NCBI GenBank assembly: GCA_030141605.1
Contig: JAQGDQ010000092.1
Span: 558,001-622,000, forward strand
Direction of reading: 5' to 3'
DNA from: Tubiluchus corallicola
Taxonomy: Eukaryota; Animalia; Priapulida
DNA length: 64,000 bases
The notes under the pieces were generated by a model that searched no databases, was not told the DNA's origin, and saw only the letters and a list, made by a program, of their open reading frames with translations. How positions within the stretch are numbered: the first letter of the stretch is position 1; every line of letters begins with the position of its first letter. Below are positions 36,888-51,200 of the stretch, one piece after another. The position numbers and the translations under genes are program-made.

Positions 36888-39254
36888 TTAAAACAAATCA
36901 AACTGAATTGAATTTTATCGGTTAGTTTTGACAGGCATCTGCACATGCCGATTTTTTGCGTTTGCGCCGATTATGCGTTATTAAGTTAGTAACTGATAGA
37001 ACAAATTTCACAGTGTAGTTAAATTTCGTCCTTTGTGCCTTTGCTTGCTTGCTTAATAAAACAGGTGAGATGTTTGCCTGATATTCCCGTATCGCGCGGC
37101 GCCACGAACGGCCTCCCCGCGTACTCAGTACTGGCAATGTAGTACACGGGGCTTGCATAGTAAAATCGTCCATTAGTCGGCAATTAAGCTTTTCTACTCA
37201 TTCGCACATCCTGAATCATCAGTAATTTTTGATGAATTTAGAATTACAGTTTTGATTTGTTTTGTAACGTTTGGTTTTGTGAATTATTATTAGATGATAT
37301 TAATTATTTTAATTTGCACGATGTTTTGCTTCTTCCATTGTAATCTACTGTGATTTTGTACACAAATTTGTTTTTGTTCATTTAGTCAAATTATATTATT
37401 TGTTAGTTTTTTTGCTGTGTTAAATCGCCATTAAATCTAATTATTTGTTTGTATTATAATTAATTTTTAAATTGTTGTACTCCTTATATATAATATTAAG
37501 TTATATTAATTATTATATTATATTGCAGCCTGTTTCGCATTATCCATTAACTATTCAAAAAGCAAAGTAGGGTAGCTGATTCAATAACATATATTTGTCG
37601 CCATCCCTTCTCATCCACTTTGTTCATAAGTTGTATTTATTGATGTTGTATTTTTTGTTTGGGATAAAAATAAATAATTTGAATTTTGAATTTCATGAGG
37701 ATCATTTTGATACCAAACTCATCGTTCTATGTTATTTCTAAGCTGAGATAATCCACATTAAAGTCGAGGTGGACCTTGCACGCTGAAAAACATAACCTTG
37801 AGAAAATCGCTAGGAAAGTTAGCCATTGTTTTTTGTTGCATTTCTACAAAACACTTAGCAACCGTTTGCCAGAACTCACTGAAGCTATGTTTAAATCCAG
37901 TAGATAGCACTTCCGGAGGACGACCTGGATTTGGCAACACAAAAAACCCGAAGCAAAATGACTGCTTTCACGAGCTACTATCAGAGTTTGAAAATACAAG
38001 TTTTTTACAATTGCAGTACTAGTTTTTAGCCAGAAAAGTGGGTTATAAAATTAGATTTTTAGTATTTTTTTCTTCTTTCTTGATAATTTGATGCTAAAAT
38101 ATAAAGGTGTGTAGTTCGGCTATAAATAAATATCATTTAGCTCACGCGCAAAAATTGCTGTCTTGGTGTTATGCACTAACTTTGAAACGTGTACCAAATA
38201 TTGAATCTTTTAATAAGTTTCAGCAATTCTTAGCAAGGAATGGCCTTGCAACTTGTTATGTAAGCAAACTAAGCATGATGCGAAAAACTCCTAACTCTAT
38301 TTTTTTCTTTGACGATTAATTTACTGAGTGCTTTTTGTTCTCTCGGTCAATTAATTGACTATGTACTAGCAAGACAGACTGCTACAGTTAGCCTGTTTCA
38401 CTAATAGTATTTAAATCATGCTCATATACTTTACTTTCTGACCGTTTTCAGTGAGAGAATGTGTCGTGGAAAAATGATATCTATAGTATTCTTATGTAGT
38501 GGCACTCCCCTAATGTCTGACAGCTCCTTTGAGCATGCTCAGTAATTGCTCGCTGTGCAATACTATCACACATATATAATCGTCAGTCTACTTAAGCAAG
38601 CTACCTGATGATGTGTAACAGTTGTTGTCGATAGCACCATTCTTGTACATATCCATTTTTGTAATAATAACATGTTTATTTTATTGGTTTGTGTGCAACT
38701 GATATTACACATACATTGGTATGTACAACAATACATTTATCCATAAGTCCTTTCTTTTTTATAAAATACATTTCAAACTGTCCATCTGTCATCAAAGTGG
38801 GATAACTAATTAATTAATTATCATCTGCCCTTGGTACACTAAAACTTTTAATGTTATTGGGCCAAAATGAAGGTTTTGTAATGAACTGGACCGTAACGAA
38901 GCTTGTATCCCTTCTATGGTAAGCCTATAATTTCTCTGCAGTAAACAAGAAGCGACTTACTTGATCAGAATCACACTACAGCACACTTCATCAAAAAGCT
39001 CTTTTTGTCAATGTTAGTCATATTATTTTGTTTATTTATTAGTTGCTAAGAAATGAGCTTGTTGATGTGTAATATATCTTCCAATATTATTTATTGCTCA
39101 TACGTTTTCCGGTAAGTAGCAGATGTGATTTTGTAGGCAAGCCTGGTATTGCTGGCGATTTAAAATATTACACATGTTCCACTTAAGGTAATTAATAGTG
39201 TATTTGATTTTGTCGTAGTGTTTATAGATTTCATGCGTAATTTCAGGTTAAAGA

Positions 39255-42200
39255 ATGTCTTCCCCTTACACTCTACCGAACAACACTCCAGTTGTACAAT
39301 TAGACTGCAAAGATGCTTTTGCTGGTCTTTCTCTTAAAGAGAAGTTATATGCACATTACTTATCTAAAGCTGCTTGGTATGGCGGACTCATTGTTCTTAT
39401 GCAGGTACATGTATATTAATTCACTGTGCATAATAGCTATTACATTACATACATTGTAAATAGTAAAGTTCATCAGTTGTGTTTGTGATTATCTGCATTG
39501 CTGTGTCTAGTGTACATCTTGTGCATATGTTTTTTTATCTTTGCGAACTGCTTCATTCAGTTTATGTACAATTTTTCTGTACAATGTATGTAGGATGCAC
39601 AAACCAGCTAGATGATGACAAATTGCACTATAGGCTTACATTGTTTTTAATGCATCTAGTAATCAGGTCTGGGTTATTGTGTTATTGCGTATTAACCTTG
39701 TGGACGTGAAAAAACCTTATCAGTTCTTTCCACAAAGGCTTGCAGAAAAAAATCACGTGACACTTGCTCCTAGTTGCGAAATACTATTGTACATTTTGGT
39801 TGAAATTCACTCTCGTTTGAATATTATGCATCCGTTCTGCATCCGTGATAAAAACCCTTGCATTATTTATTCCGCGGGTATTTTGAAAGAGTTTATAAGC
39901 AGCTGTATATGCAATAACACGGGCACTGCTTAACAATAAAATCAGTCCTAATCTGTGTCAGATATATTTTTCGTTACATTTTAGACATCACCAGAGTCGC
40001 CAGCTATCTTTTTAGTATTACAGAAGTTATTTCGAGCGCAACCTTTGAAAATGCTAGAGGAATTGGCACGAAGCCCTTCTTGTGGCTTCACGGAAGATGA
40101 ATGGAAGGTAGAAATTATATTTTTTGAACTTTCTTAAATGCTCTGAAACAAAGTGAAACTGTGGCACCTGCTGATTTAAAACTGATCCGTACTGCAGTAG
40201 AGATCTTTGTGTATAAAAATATCAAATTGCGTATAAAGGACCTAGTATGCTGTTCAGGTCTTTTTTCATAGAAACTGAGGTCTTTGGACTCCATACAGCG
40301 GAAAAAATGAATAATTGCATATTTGCTGTTGTTTTTGAAAGTTGTAATATAAATGGCTCTATTGACCAAAATTTCTCAGTGTGTGGCCTTGATCCAAAGC
40401 ACACACCTGTTGAGTTAAACTTTTATTTTCTGCAATACTGTTTTCATTTCATGCATGGGGATTGTTCAGTAATTTTTATCAAAATCATCTTTCACTTTTA
40501 GTTTGTCTATTAGTAATAAATCAGTCACTCAATCAGCTGTTTATTTCACACATAAAAGATGCATAGCAAACAAAAAGGCGATGTAGAAAATTAAAATTTG
40601 AAGTTATTTATAGATAGAGAATTTTTTATGTATTCATTGATGTTATTCCAAAGTCTAGGGCCAGTATTAGTGATGAAGTGCTTATACAGACTAACGTTGG
40701 TCCACCAGATAAAAGAGTGCAACCATCGAATTGACAGGCATGCACCTGAAATGTGATAATTTTATTGTTTATACGACATTTTCAAACTTAAATAATAACG
40801 TATTACTTCTAATGTATGGCAATTTGGGCTGGGATTTCATAGATTCATTGTTCTTTTGAAGGGAAGGAGAAAACATGCTGCCTGACATTACCATCACATT
40901 TTCACTTGGATGTACAAAAAATAATATCATGTTTATTAGCACTGTCTTTTACACTGATAAGTGATTTTTTGCAAAGCAACCCCACACTGAGTCACTCGTC
41001 TGCAGCATTGTTTTGAAAATGCAAATGTAGGAATATAGAAAAAAGGTGTCACTGCTCAGTGATGACTGAAGTGAAACTAATTACTCAATTTTTTTTAATC
41101 CCATGCTAAAATTATAACAATTAAAAAAACATTAATTGTACTAACATTCCACTGTAAAGTTTTCGCAACGTAACTGAAACAGGTAAATGTGATGCACGAA
41201 ATGCACAAAACACATCAATTTGCTCATTTTGCAGCGTTTTAAATTTTAATGTGCTTTTTGTTTAGTACAAGTAGCTCGTGCTGTACATGATTGTGTCACT
41301 GAATCCGCCGGGAAATTTTGCTCGAAGGCCATTCACAGCGGGTTTTTGCAAAATTGTTCAAATGCATTTTAATGCTGTGATTGCACAAATTGTTCGTAGG
41401 TAAGAAACTCGCGAAAGGCTTCGTGAATCGCACTTTAGAAAGTGCTAATGAACATGTTAGTGAACCCAGCACTTTTGCCAAATCTCATTGTTTTTAAGGC
41501 ACTAATAATATCTGAAACCGATACATATATAAAATCATTATTAATCTCATTAATGTATTTTTCTAGTTTCTACTTCACTGTTTATAACAGGATTCAGGAG
41601 GCTGTTATGATGGGCGCCCCATGCGTTTGGAATGTTTGAGTATCGGAAATGTCACTCTTAGTATTAGAAATGTGTGACTTTTTAGCATTAAATTTTCTGA
41701 TACTTTTCAAGAAAGGCAAATGATTCTTATTAGCTGACCATTGGCTAGCGACTCTATAGCCGTGCTATCATTATGTTTTTTACAATATCTTAATGCATTT
41801 TTAAATTTATACCTATTTTATTTCGCGTATGTGTACAAAGTCCCTTGTCGGGGTTTTTATAAATTTTAATTCCAGTGCTTGCTGAAGTTTGTTTTTGTTT
41901 TGCAGGCTTTACTGATCTATGCCTCAGGTGTCTATACAAATATGGGAAATTACAAGGGATTTGGCGATACAAAGTTTATTCCAAATTTGCCTCAGGTATT
42001 AAAGAAAGACATATTACATTAATTGTCATATGGGCTGTTACAATAAAAAAGCAACAAGTTTGTGGATTGTAGTATATTCAAGCATGTCGTCCAATTTTTG
42101 CCCATTACTCAGATTTTTTTTGCTTGCAGAAATCTCGTGAATAAATTAGAATCTTGGCAGTATGCCAGTCTAATTAGCTTTTTGAGATAATATTCATCGA

Positions 42201-45200
42201 TCACGTTCACTTAGTTGTGAATAGATCTGAGAAGCTAGTAGCTAATGTGTTCAAAAACACGGATGCCTTTTCGTATTCGTGCATGGGCTGCATTATACCC
42301 CATCTGGAGTCCTGGTGTTTTACCTTTTGCCACAAAAGTAGCTTGGACATGGATATGTTCCTCTCACTATCTAAATACTAAACAGAGCTGATTTTGTTAG
42401 CACTGTTGAATCAGTTGTGAGCACTTTCTAAAGGTAAATAACTGCAAATGGTGTGCCAAAGACTTTGGAATGAACATTAGAAGCAATTTTTGTGTTGCCA
42501 TTGACTGATCAAGTACATAGGCTTCCTGGTTTCGCAGATATCTTTTCACAGCAAGCAGGTTACCCATTGTACTAAATTTGTTCCTTGTCAAAAAAGAGTG
42601 TCTGGACCTCCTGGACCCTTGTCCCACTGGATCCACAACTAACACCTTATTGTGGATTTCTAGGAAAAGCTCGAAAAACTTATACAGCAGAATATAGCAT
42701 TGATGACACAGCCGCACATGGAGGAACTCTGGAGTTATTGCTCTACTGCCATGTATTCATTGACTGAGCGAGAAAAAGAACTCGGGTTGGGAGAAAATGT
42801 AAGTAACCTCTTTTGGAAACGTGATGAGGTCATGTTTTTTATTCTGAGTGTATTTGTCCCTGTGAGCCCTCGAGACTCGAGGTAATTAAAGAGTAGCTAT
42901 TACATTTTACACTGAATCTGGTTAGTGGTTGGGTTCACATCAATTTTAACATATATATAGTGGGACTTGGAAACAGGGATTACATCCATATTTATTTGAT
43001 TCAAATTTACATGGGTGAATGCGAATTGTTTAATATTATCTGTCGGCAAACACTAGACAGTTATGTTTACATCTGATTAATATTGTTAAGCTTGCATAAG
43101 TTTGTGCTGTGAGGCATTTTGTTTCCCAGAAGTAGATTATAGCTAAATGGCCTAGCTTTCGAAATTGATGGAGTTTAGATGAAAGTAATTAGCCAATGAT
43201 GTCTGGCTATTGATAATATGTAGATAATAATAAATATTGGTTAATCAGGGTTTTTACTTGTTTTATGTGTTTTTGTCTATTGGTAATATGCCAAATAATA
43301 ACATATATTGGTTAATCAGTGGATTTTACTTGTTTTGTGTGTTTTATAGCTGAAAAGTTGTAGCTTATAAGAATACTCACTTCATATTGAAAAAGAAATG
43401 GATAGCCTTCCCTACTTGAAGAACTCTAGAGATAGTATCTAATTGCTAGATTACTTTTTGGGTGAAATCTGTACAATACTTCATAATTTTTGCATTTTCT
43501 TTTAGGGCGTTAGCACATATTTTTCTGCCAATTGTACGAAGAAAGATGCTGAACTTGCTCAAAAGTTTATGGATGATAAGGTGATAACTGTTAATTGTAT
43601 ATGCAAATCAAGCAAGATTAATTGAACACTGTTGATGAGCTTATTAAGATACTTCTGAATCTCTATGGTTATACAACTGCCTTTTTTTGTATAGACAAAA
43701 AGTAAAAGTTTTGAAAATTCTCCTGCTTTTCATGCAAGTTTCCATTTTGAGATAATTTAGCAAGATTCCAGCATGACTTCATTAGTTTGAAATCCTTAAT
43801 CTGGATCCTGAATATGCATACATTTTCATTGTTTTGGCACTCTGTAAGCTAAAATCCATGGAATCTATTTAATGGAGATGGCTGTGGCATGACTGAAGTT
43901 TAGCTCATTTTCCTGTATGATCACCTAAAATGAAATACTGACCTGGCAGCAGTGTCTTAGCTATGTCCCTGAATGAAGTAAATGGTAGGGGTATTATGAC
44001 AAGTGAAACACATTTTCCCGACATTCACCTACCATTTACTGATTAGATTCAACATTACTTAATGTTGCTCACTAAGCATATGCTTTAACTATTAAACTAA
44101 TCAATTATTCCCACACTTGTTGTTGCAGATGTATGCAGTCGGTGTTATGAGCCAATGTCTTGCACTTGTCTGAATTTGTTTTGACATATTTAGCATACAA
44201 ACTGTTTTACATCTACACGTTTATATGCAGTAGTTTTTTTTGTAGGGTATAAGTCCATATAATACACGCCTTTTCAAAGTACAAAGAAATGAAAAGCCTT
44301 GTTATGAAGTTAGACTTGCCTCTGTTTACACGCTGGGTAAGCAACTTTAGAATTTTTAAATAAATTATTGTATTACTAGTTTTAAGCAGCTCGGCTCTGC
44401 GTTTGAGCTAAAACTACAAATTTGACAATTAAGTTAAACATTGTGTTAAAGTACGCAATTAAGCTGTATGGCCTACTGGTTGTTGCTTGCTGACAAATGA
44501 ATCCCATTTGTTCTGACGGACACGGTATGCTGTAGCTTAGATGTACTACCAAAAAGTTGGTAAAATTGAACGTGAAGTCTTACCTTCGGTATTAGATGAA
44601 TTACTCTTTTGACAGCTATCTTCAAACTTCACAACACTTCAAATCTTGGTTTTATCCACGTTTGGCAAATAAATGTACAATTTTTTTTTACATATTACTT
44701 ACAACTAACTAGTTTGCAACAATTTTTAATGTAGGAATTTAGCTGATCTACTAAAAAAAATTCTTGCCTTATATTGTCTGACATTGCCATAATTCTGTGT
44801 CAATGTAGCGTGTATGTTTTGAAGATACTCTGAACAGTGATGCAGACATGACAGAATTCTTAGGAGACTGCGAATTTATTGGAGAATCGTTTTCAGTAAC
44901 GAGAGGAGACTACTCAAAACTTATGTGTTATGTAACGAAATATCTACAAAAGGCTAAGGTAAATGTTCCTACCATTTTAACTCATTCCTGTAGATTCTTC
45001 ATTAAGTATCCATAATTTTGTGATAAATTTTACTATGTGCAAGGTGCAAACTCACTTTTAGAAGTAGCGATGTCTTTTGTGTATGACTGGATCTGACCAA
45101 ACAATGATCGAAGAAAAATTAAGACCAACTGTGTAACATGGAACACTAAAAATACCTTAACTACGGCTGCAAAACTTCTATTTGATTATGTGGGGAAAAA

Positions 45201-48200
45201 TATTAAGAAGTTTTTATGTATAAATGAAATGCTGAATAATGAGTACCAACACTGATTTCTTTGTACCAAGACTCAGAATAAATTACTTAGTTGCAGGTAA
45301 GTAGTTAGTTGATTTTCTTAAAGCCACAATTTTTTATGTGCATAGCTGGAAAGAAAGATTCGTAGTTAGTTATTATAGCTTCTTATTATTATTTTTTGCT
45401 ATACTTTTTTACTGTTATTACTGTCCATGGCCAAACATTTTGAAAGGCCAAAGTGCAACTTTTATAATTCCTTCTAATAAATCTGTCAGATAAAAATGAT
45501 GCCCTGCAACTTCTCACTCAGCTAGACAAGTCTGTTAATTTAGACTCAAAATTAGTTTAGTACAGAGAATTTTTTTTACCAAATGCCTTGTGTAGTATGA
45601 AAAAAACTGCAGATAGGTTTCACCTCTTCTCTCTGCTGATGTTTTCTAATCAATTTTTTTATTTTTAATTTTTCTAGCAATATGCGGCAAATGAATGTGA
45701 AGAAGCCATGTTAACGAATTATATAAATAGTTTCACTACCGGTTCACTGCCAGCTCATAAAGATGGATCTCGACATTGGATTAAAGACAAAGGACCCATC
45801 GTTGAAACGTAAATTTTACTGTACACAAAGAGTAGTTAAGTTGGAGATCCAAAGATGCCAGATACATTGTTCATTAGTAATTAATATTTTCAAAACCCCA
45901 AAAAGTTCTTCCATTTTTGGTATTAAAATCTGAATTGCATTTGAAAATTTAGGAATGGTATATTAAAGTGCATTGATTTATCCTTGTTGACTTAAAATCT
46001 ATACTAATGATAGTAGTAGTAGCAGTAGTAGTAGTGATTTTATTTACACAGTAAATAAATCATTACAATGAATTTTGCCAAGAAGCCCTCTAAAAACAAT
46101 CAGCGGACGAACCAAAGGGCACCTGTGATAATTATATCTAAATCGATAACATTGGCAATTATCGGTTCACTTTTAAAATCATATGAGCATATTTACACAT
46201 GGACATACTGTTATTGCAATTGTCAAAAAAGCTTATTAAATTGGTAAAGTTCAAATCTTTATAAATGTTTTTCTTATTTCCTCTATTTTTGCACTGTCAC
46301 ACACAACATGGTTTTCAATTTGCACAGTTTGATACAGTTTTCGGCTTGTATTGAACTTTGTTGCTTAACGTGTCTAGTTGACTAATTTGTAGTGAGGTTT
46401 AGGGCTGCCAAGTTTATTAAATTTAGTAAACGTTTACATGACAGCTACTAAACGAAACGATTCCATTTACATGCTGTAGCTATTTGTGTACTGTAAAACA
46501 TGAAATTAATGTCTACTGGAAATGTCTGCGAATTTTACGTGGACGGCCTTGATGCAATAATTTCCAGGCACATAAATTACACTAGTGATGAAGGTGCTGG
46601 CAAATGTGCAAATGCTTGTTTAGCACTGCTAAATTCAGACAACATTATTAACATAATCGCATTGCTAGTAATGTGTCTTACTGTACGGGTGCTCACCAAA
46701 CCAATGATTATGAAATGAAGACATAAATTTCCATTAATTTTTTTCCTGATAATTTGTTTAGAATCATGTATCCCAAAAATATAACTTCACAAAGAAGGCT
46801 TTGAAACCCAAATCCGATAAATTCGACTCGTATTTTTTACTATGACATGACAGTACTATACAAAGATGTGTTCTTTGGGCATGAACAATACCGCCTCACG
46901 CAATATCGCCTTTTATCATGCAGTATATTGGCTTTTTTTATCTGTATGATCCAGCTTCGAATACAATGTCTAGACTGATTAATTAATCACTGCTGCTAGA
47001 CGATTCACTAATTACTGCTGCGAGACAAAACTGTTTACATTGATATTTTGACATGGCATTCCAATCTAACATTTTGATGACCTGACATTGTAAATTTACT
47101 TCTAAATATTGGCAGTGATTTAAGTGTTGTATAATACGAGCTTGTATTCGCTTTTTTAAGCCATAAACGTATGCTGTAATATCTAACTATTTATTACAAC
47201 TGGAAAGGTTTAGGAAGGAATTTTAATGAAAAGTTCTGTGCTCTTAGCATGTTCATATTTAGTATCTTTTATAGATAATAAAAATGCATTATAAATTTGT
47301 AGATTTAAAAAAAATTGTTAGACTTTAATGTCAACTTTTTTTGTTCACTAAATTTAGACGGTATTACCGTCTGGTTATCAACAAAATGAAATGTCGCTAA
47401 AGATCACAAGGAAAGGCGATTTGCATAAAAGCTTGACAAAGAAGGAGAAAATTTGTCTAAAAACTGTCGTAAAATTGTCCACATTTAACCATTGCTGTAT
47501 TTTTCCAGGTACATTGGATTCATTGAATCGTATCGAGATCCAGTTGGTGTTCGTGGAGAATTTGAAGGTTAGTTTTAGCTTAATTAACTCATTTAAATAG
47601 CCTTTTAGGGTTCTTCGCTTTAGAAGTGATACGATAACTCACACCGATTTTGCTTGTGTTTTGTAGCTGCATTTGGCAAAATGTATGACGCTTACATTAG
47701 TGCTATGGTGCCTGAACATTTCAGTTACTTTAACAAAGTCACTCAAAGTTTGCGAGTTCCATTCTGGTGTGGAGAGTCAGAACCAGGGCCGGATTGTGGC
47801 TTTTAGGGGCCCCTAGGCTAATGAAATTATGGGGCCTCCTCAGATGGAGTCACCCTCTAACTCGCCCACAACAGTCTTGAATAATTTTTGTGCGTGATAC
47901 ATTTTACTGATAGTTACCTAGCTTGAAGTAAACTTCTTTAAATGCACTAGAATAGCTATTTTTCATTTGTCAATAAAAACATTCTTTAAGAAATACCACT
48001 GTTTTACTATTAATTGCAAACCAAATTAGTAACATATTTCAGCATAGTGAAAAAGAGATTTAAGGGGTCCTAGGCTACAGCCTATAATAGCCTATGGGAT
48101 AATCCGGCCCTGGTCAGAACAAAGACCGAATACCGATCAATCACTAGTTGTAATTTTTTTGCAGATTTGTTGATCTGATCAAAATAGATCAAGAAATAAA

Positions 48201-51200
48201 TTTGTACTATTGACAGAGTCTACAAATTCTTAGTAGCAAGAAAAGTATTAATTGGTGAAAATGTTCCACGACAATTCATTTCTTGTTCCTTTTCATTACT
48301 GTTAGTGACTATTAAAATTAGTATTTGTATGTTTTTTGTCACGTTGGCAGTTTTTGCATACATATACATTGCAGATGTCTAATCAAATTATTGATGATGA
48401 ATGAAGCCAAAATGAAGTGTGAAGTGAAATACCACATTTCATAAATAACATCTTTTATCATACTGACTAAGAATTTTTTAGCAGTAATTAAATTCGTTTT
48501 GGTCGAAGCATGTTCTATATTAAATTTTGTAGATATAAGGCCAGGTATAGGTGCCGATCAGTCAAATGTGTTTTCTAATCGATCTTAGGTTTTTCTTCCG
48601 ATACTGTTCGGTCACCGGTCACCAATACTTGATCGGATTGGTACACCGCTAGTCAAACTAACATTGTCACGTTACTTTTGAAAAATATTAAGTGTGAGAT
48701 GGCTTGTTTGGAACATTATCTAACAATGGCATGCTAATTTAAACCAGTTTTGGATGGCTTATTGTGTGTGAAACTACGCATGTACATCCAACTTGCTTCA
48801 AAATTTACCTAATATAGAATTTCCTTCTTTTAGGCTTTGTTGCCATTGTGAATAAGAAAATGAGCCAGAAGTTTCAGATGCTTGTGGAATTAGCAGAAAC
48901 GTTTCTAAAGCGGCTGCCGTGGGGAATGGATTACGAGAAGGATAAATTTCTGAAGCCGGATTTCACATCTCTAGACATTCTGGCATTTGCGGGTAGTGGC
49001 GTTCCAGCAGGAATCAATATACCCAACTGTATGTATAAAATTCATATTACCATGTTTCGGAATTATTGCCGTTGATATTGTTGTTGAATAAAAATTTGGA
49101 ATTAACTTGGCATTATGCAAAAGTTCTTAAATGACTTCAAAGCTTCACAAAACATCAAATATAAAATAACAACTATGGTTAGGGATGCATTATTTTCCAG
49201 CTGACTTAGGCAAAAAATGGATCAAATTAAATCCATGATCTGATGACATGTTAGAATCTATGACCAGTGTCGAGAACAATGCCAGTATGCCGCTTCTCGT
49301 GTAAAAGTGTTTATTTGTGGTTACTTGGATCTGCTCTTGCAAACCTGTTTCATAGTATACATTTAACTCTATGTCAACTAGTTTACATAGCATGTGTAAT
49401 CACTTGCATATAGGCTTCTTTCTCAGAAGGTATACATAGTTTTAATCTTGCCAAGATTTTTCTAGCTAACTTTGGGTGTCATACTATGACATTATGACAT
49501 TCTGCCCCTCCTCTTGGTATGTAGGCATTATATTTGTATTTTGTAGTGTTTATGTAAACTGTTTCACTCGTGCTCATTTTGATTTAGTCGTTAGCTTAAT
49601 GTAGCCAATGGCTGATACGTAGCATTTAGCTCTATTTTTCTCTGCTTAAAACATAGCATTTAGCTGTATTTATTCGCGTCACCATTATCATGTAATCATT
49701 GTAAATATCACTTGTTAAATATTCATGTAATGTTAAAATAACTATGCGCATATTTTAAATCTATCGTTCTTGTTTTCTTTAAATGGCATTACTACTCAGA
49801 ATTTTGATATTAACAAACTTTATTCTAATCATATATTTGCACCTCGCAAAATGTGGATTTGGACTTTAAAACACCAGGGTTTTTGGTCGCCCAATAATTT
49901 CTTTCCTCCCTTTCCTAAAATTTCAACAATATTTACAAAAAACAAAAACCTAATCCGCTTTCGCTACAAACCGCTTTGAGGTCAGTTTACTTTTAAACTC
50001 CTTTGAGCATTGTCGTTTTACTTTTTGGAATTAAGCTTTTGACTGGTTGAGTATCATGCAACATGCTTGTAATTTCTTTTTAATATTCTAGTCAAAAAAC
50101 CACATCTGTTTGTCTTTTCTTGTATTATTTAAATCAATGATATCTTCTATTTTAATTACACATAAATTTTTATTAGTATGATTACATTCCTATTGTCAGA
50201 TGATGACATTCGTCAAAATGAGGGATTCAAGAATGTGTCTCTAGGCAACGTGCTTAATGCTGGCTATAAGGAAGATACAATCACGTTCCTTAGTGAACAA
50301 GATAAAGTAAGATTTATATTTTTTTAGTTGCAGTTTTGTTTAACACTAAAATGTGAAGAGTGCTTCAAATGTGAAAATGAAATACACTTAGTGTAGGGCA
50401 CAGGAAATCAGACATTTTGTTCTATCAGGACGCTTGTTTTCTGTAAGTGGTTATGCTTAAACAAGTATCCTAGCCTCTTATTTAAATTACCTTTGTTTGC
50501 TAAAATTACTTTTTGTAATCTTTTTTTAAAATTATTACAATCCCAAACAAATTTCATAGCATGCACTTTTGCTCATGCTATGTATGAAGAGCATGTATGA
50601 AACTTGTTTCGGATTGTAATAATTTTAAGAAATAATTACCAAACATTTTTGTAATTGCTGGTTAGCTAGCGAAATATAATTGAATTTTTGTAATGCTCAC
50701 AGAGCAATTAAAATTGTAAGTTTTTATATTTGTGTAAAACTACAGTTGAGCTACATTGTATAGAAGATTGAAATTCGTAATAACTTACTATAGTGAATGT
50801 TTGTGATGTTACGATTTGCTTCATCGTTGTAATAAACCTGTAGATAATGCATGAATTTTAATGTCGTTATAGTTTCTGTGCATATTCATTCACCTTTTTA
50901 AATTGATGTCATTAATCTTTTCTTTGCATGTCTTTTGGAAGCTATCTTACTGTGTAAAATGCAAAATTGTTGTTAACACCAATATTTATAGGGTAAATGT
51001 AAAATTGTTGTTTTTGTTTGATGTTGATTTTTCACATAACTTTGTCTGCTTATTTATGTGCTTTTTTGCAGGAATTATATAAGAACTTCCGGATTCCAGC
51101 ATTTGAGGTACAGGTGGGATTGCATGAGCTCCTTGGTCATGGAAGCGGAAAGCTCTTTCAAGCTGACAAGGCAGGGAAACTGAATTTTGATGTTGATAAA

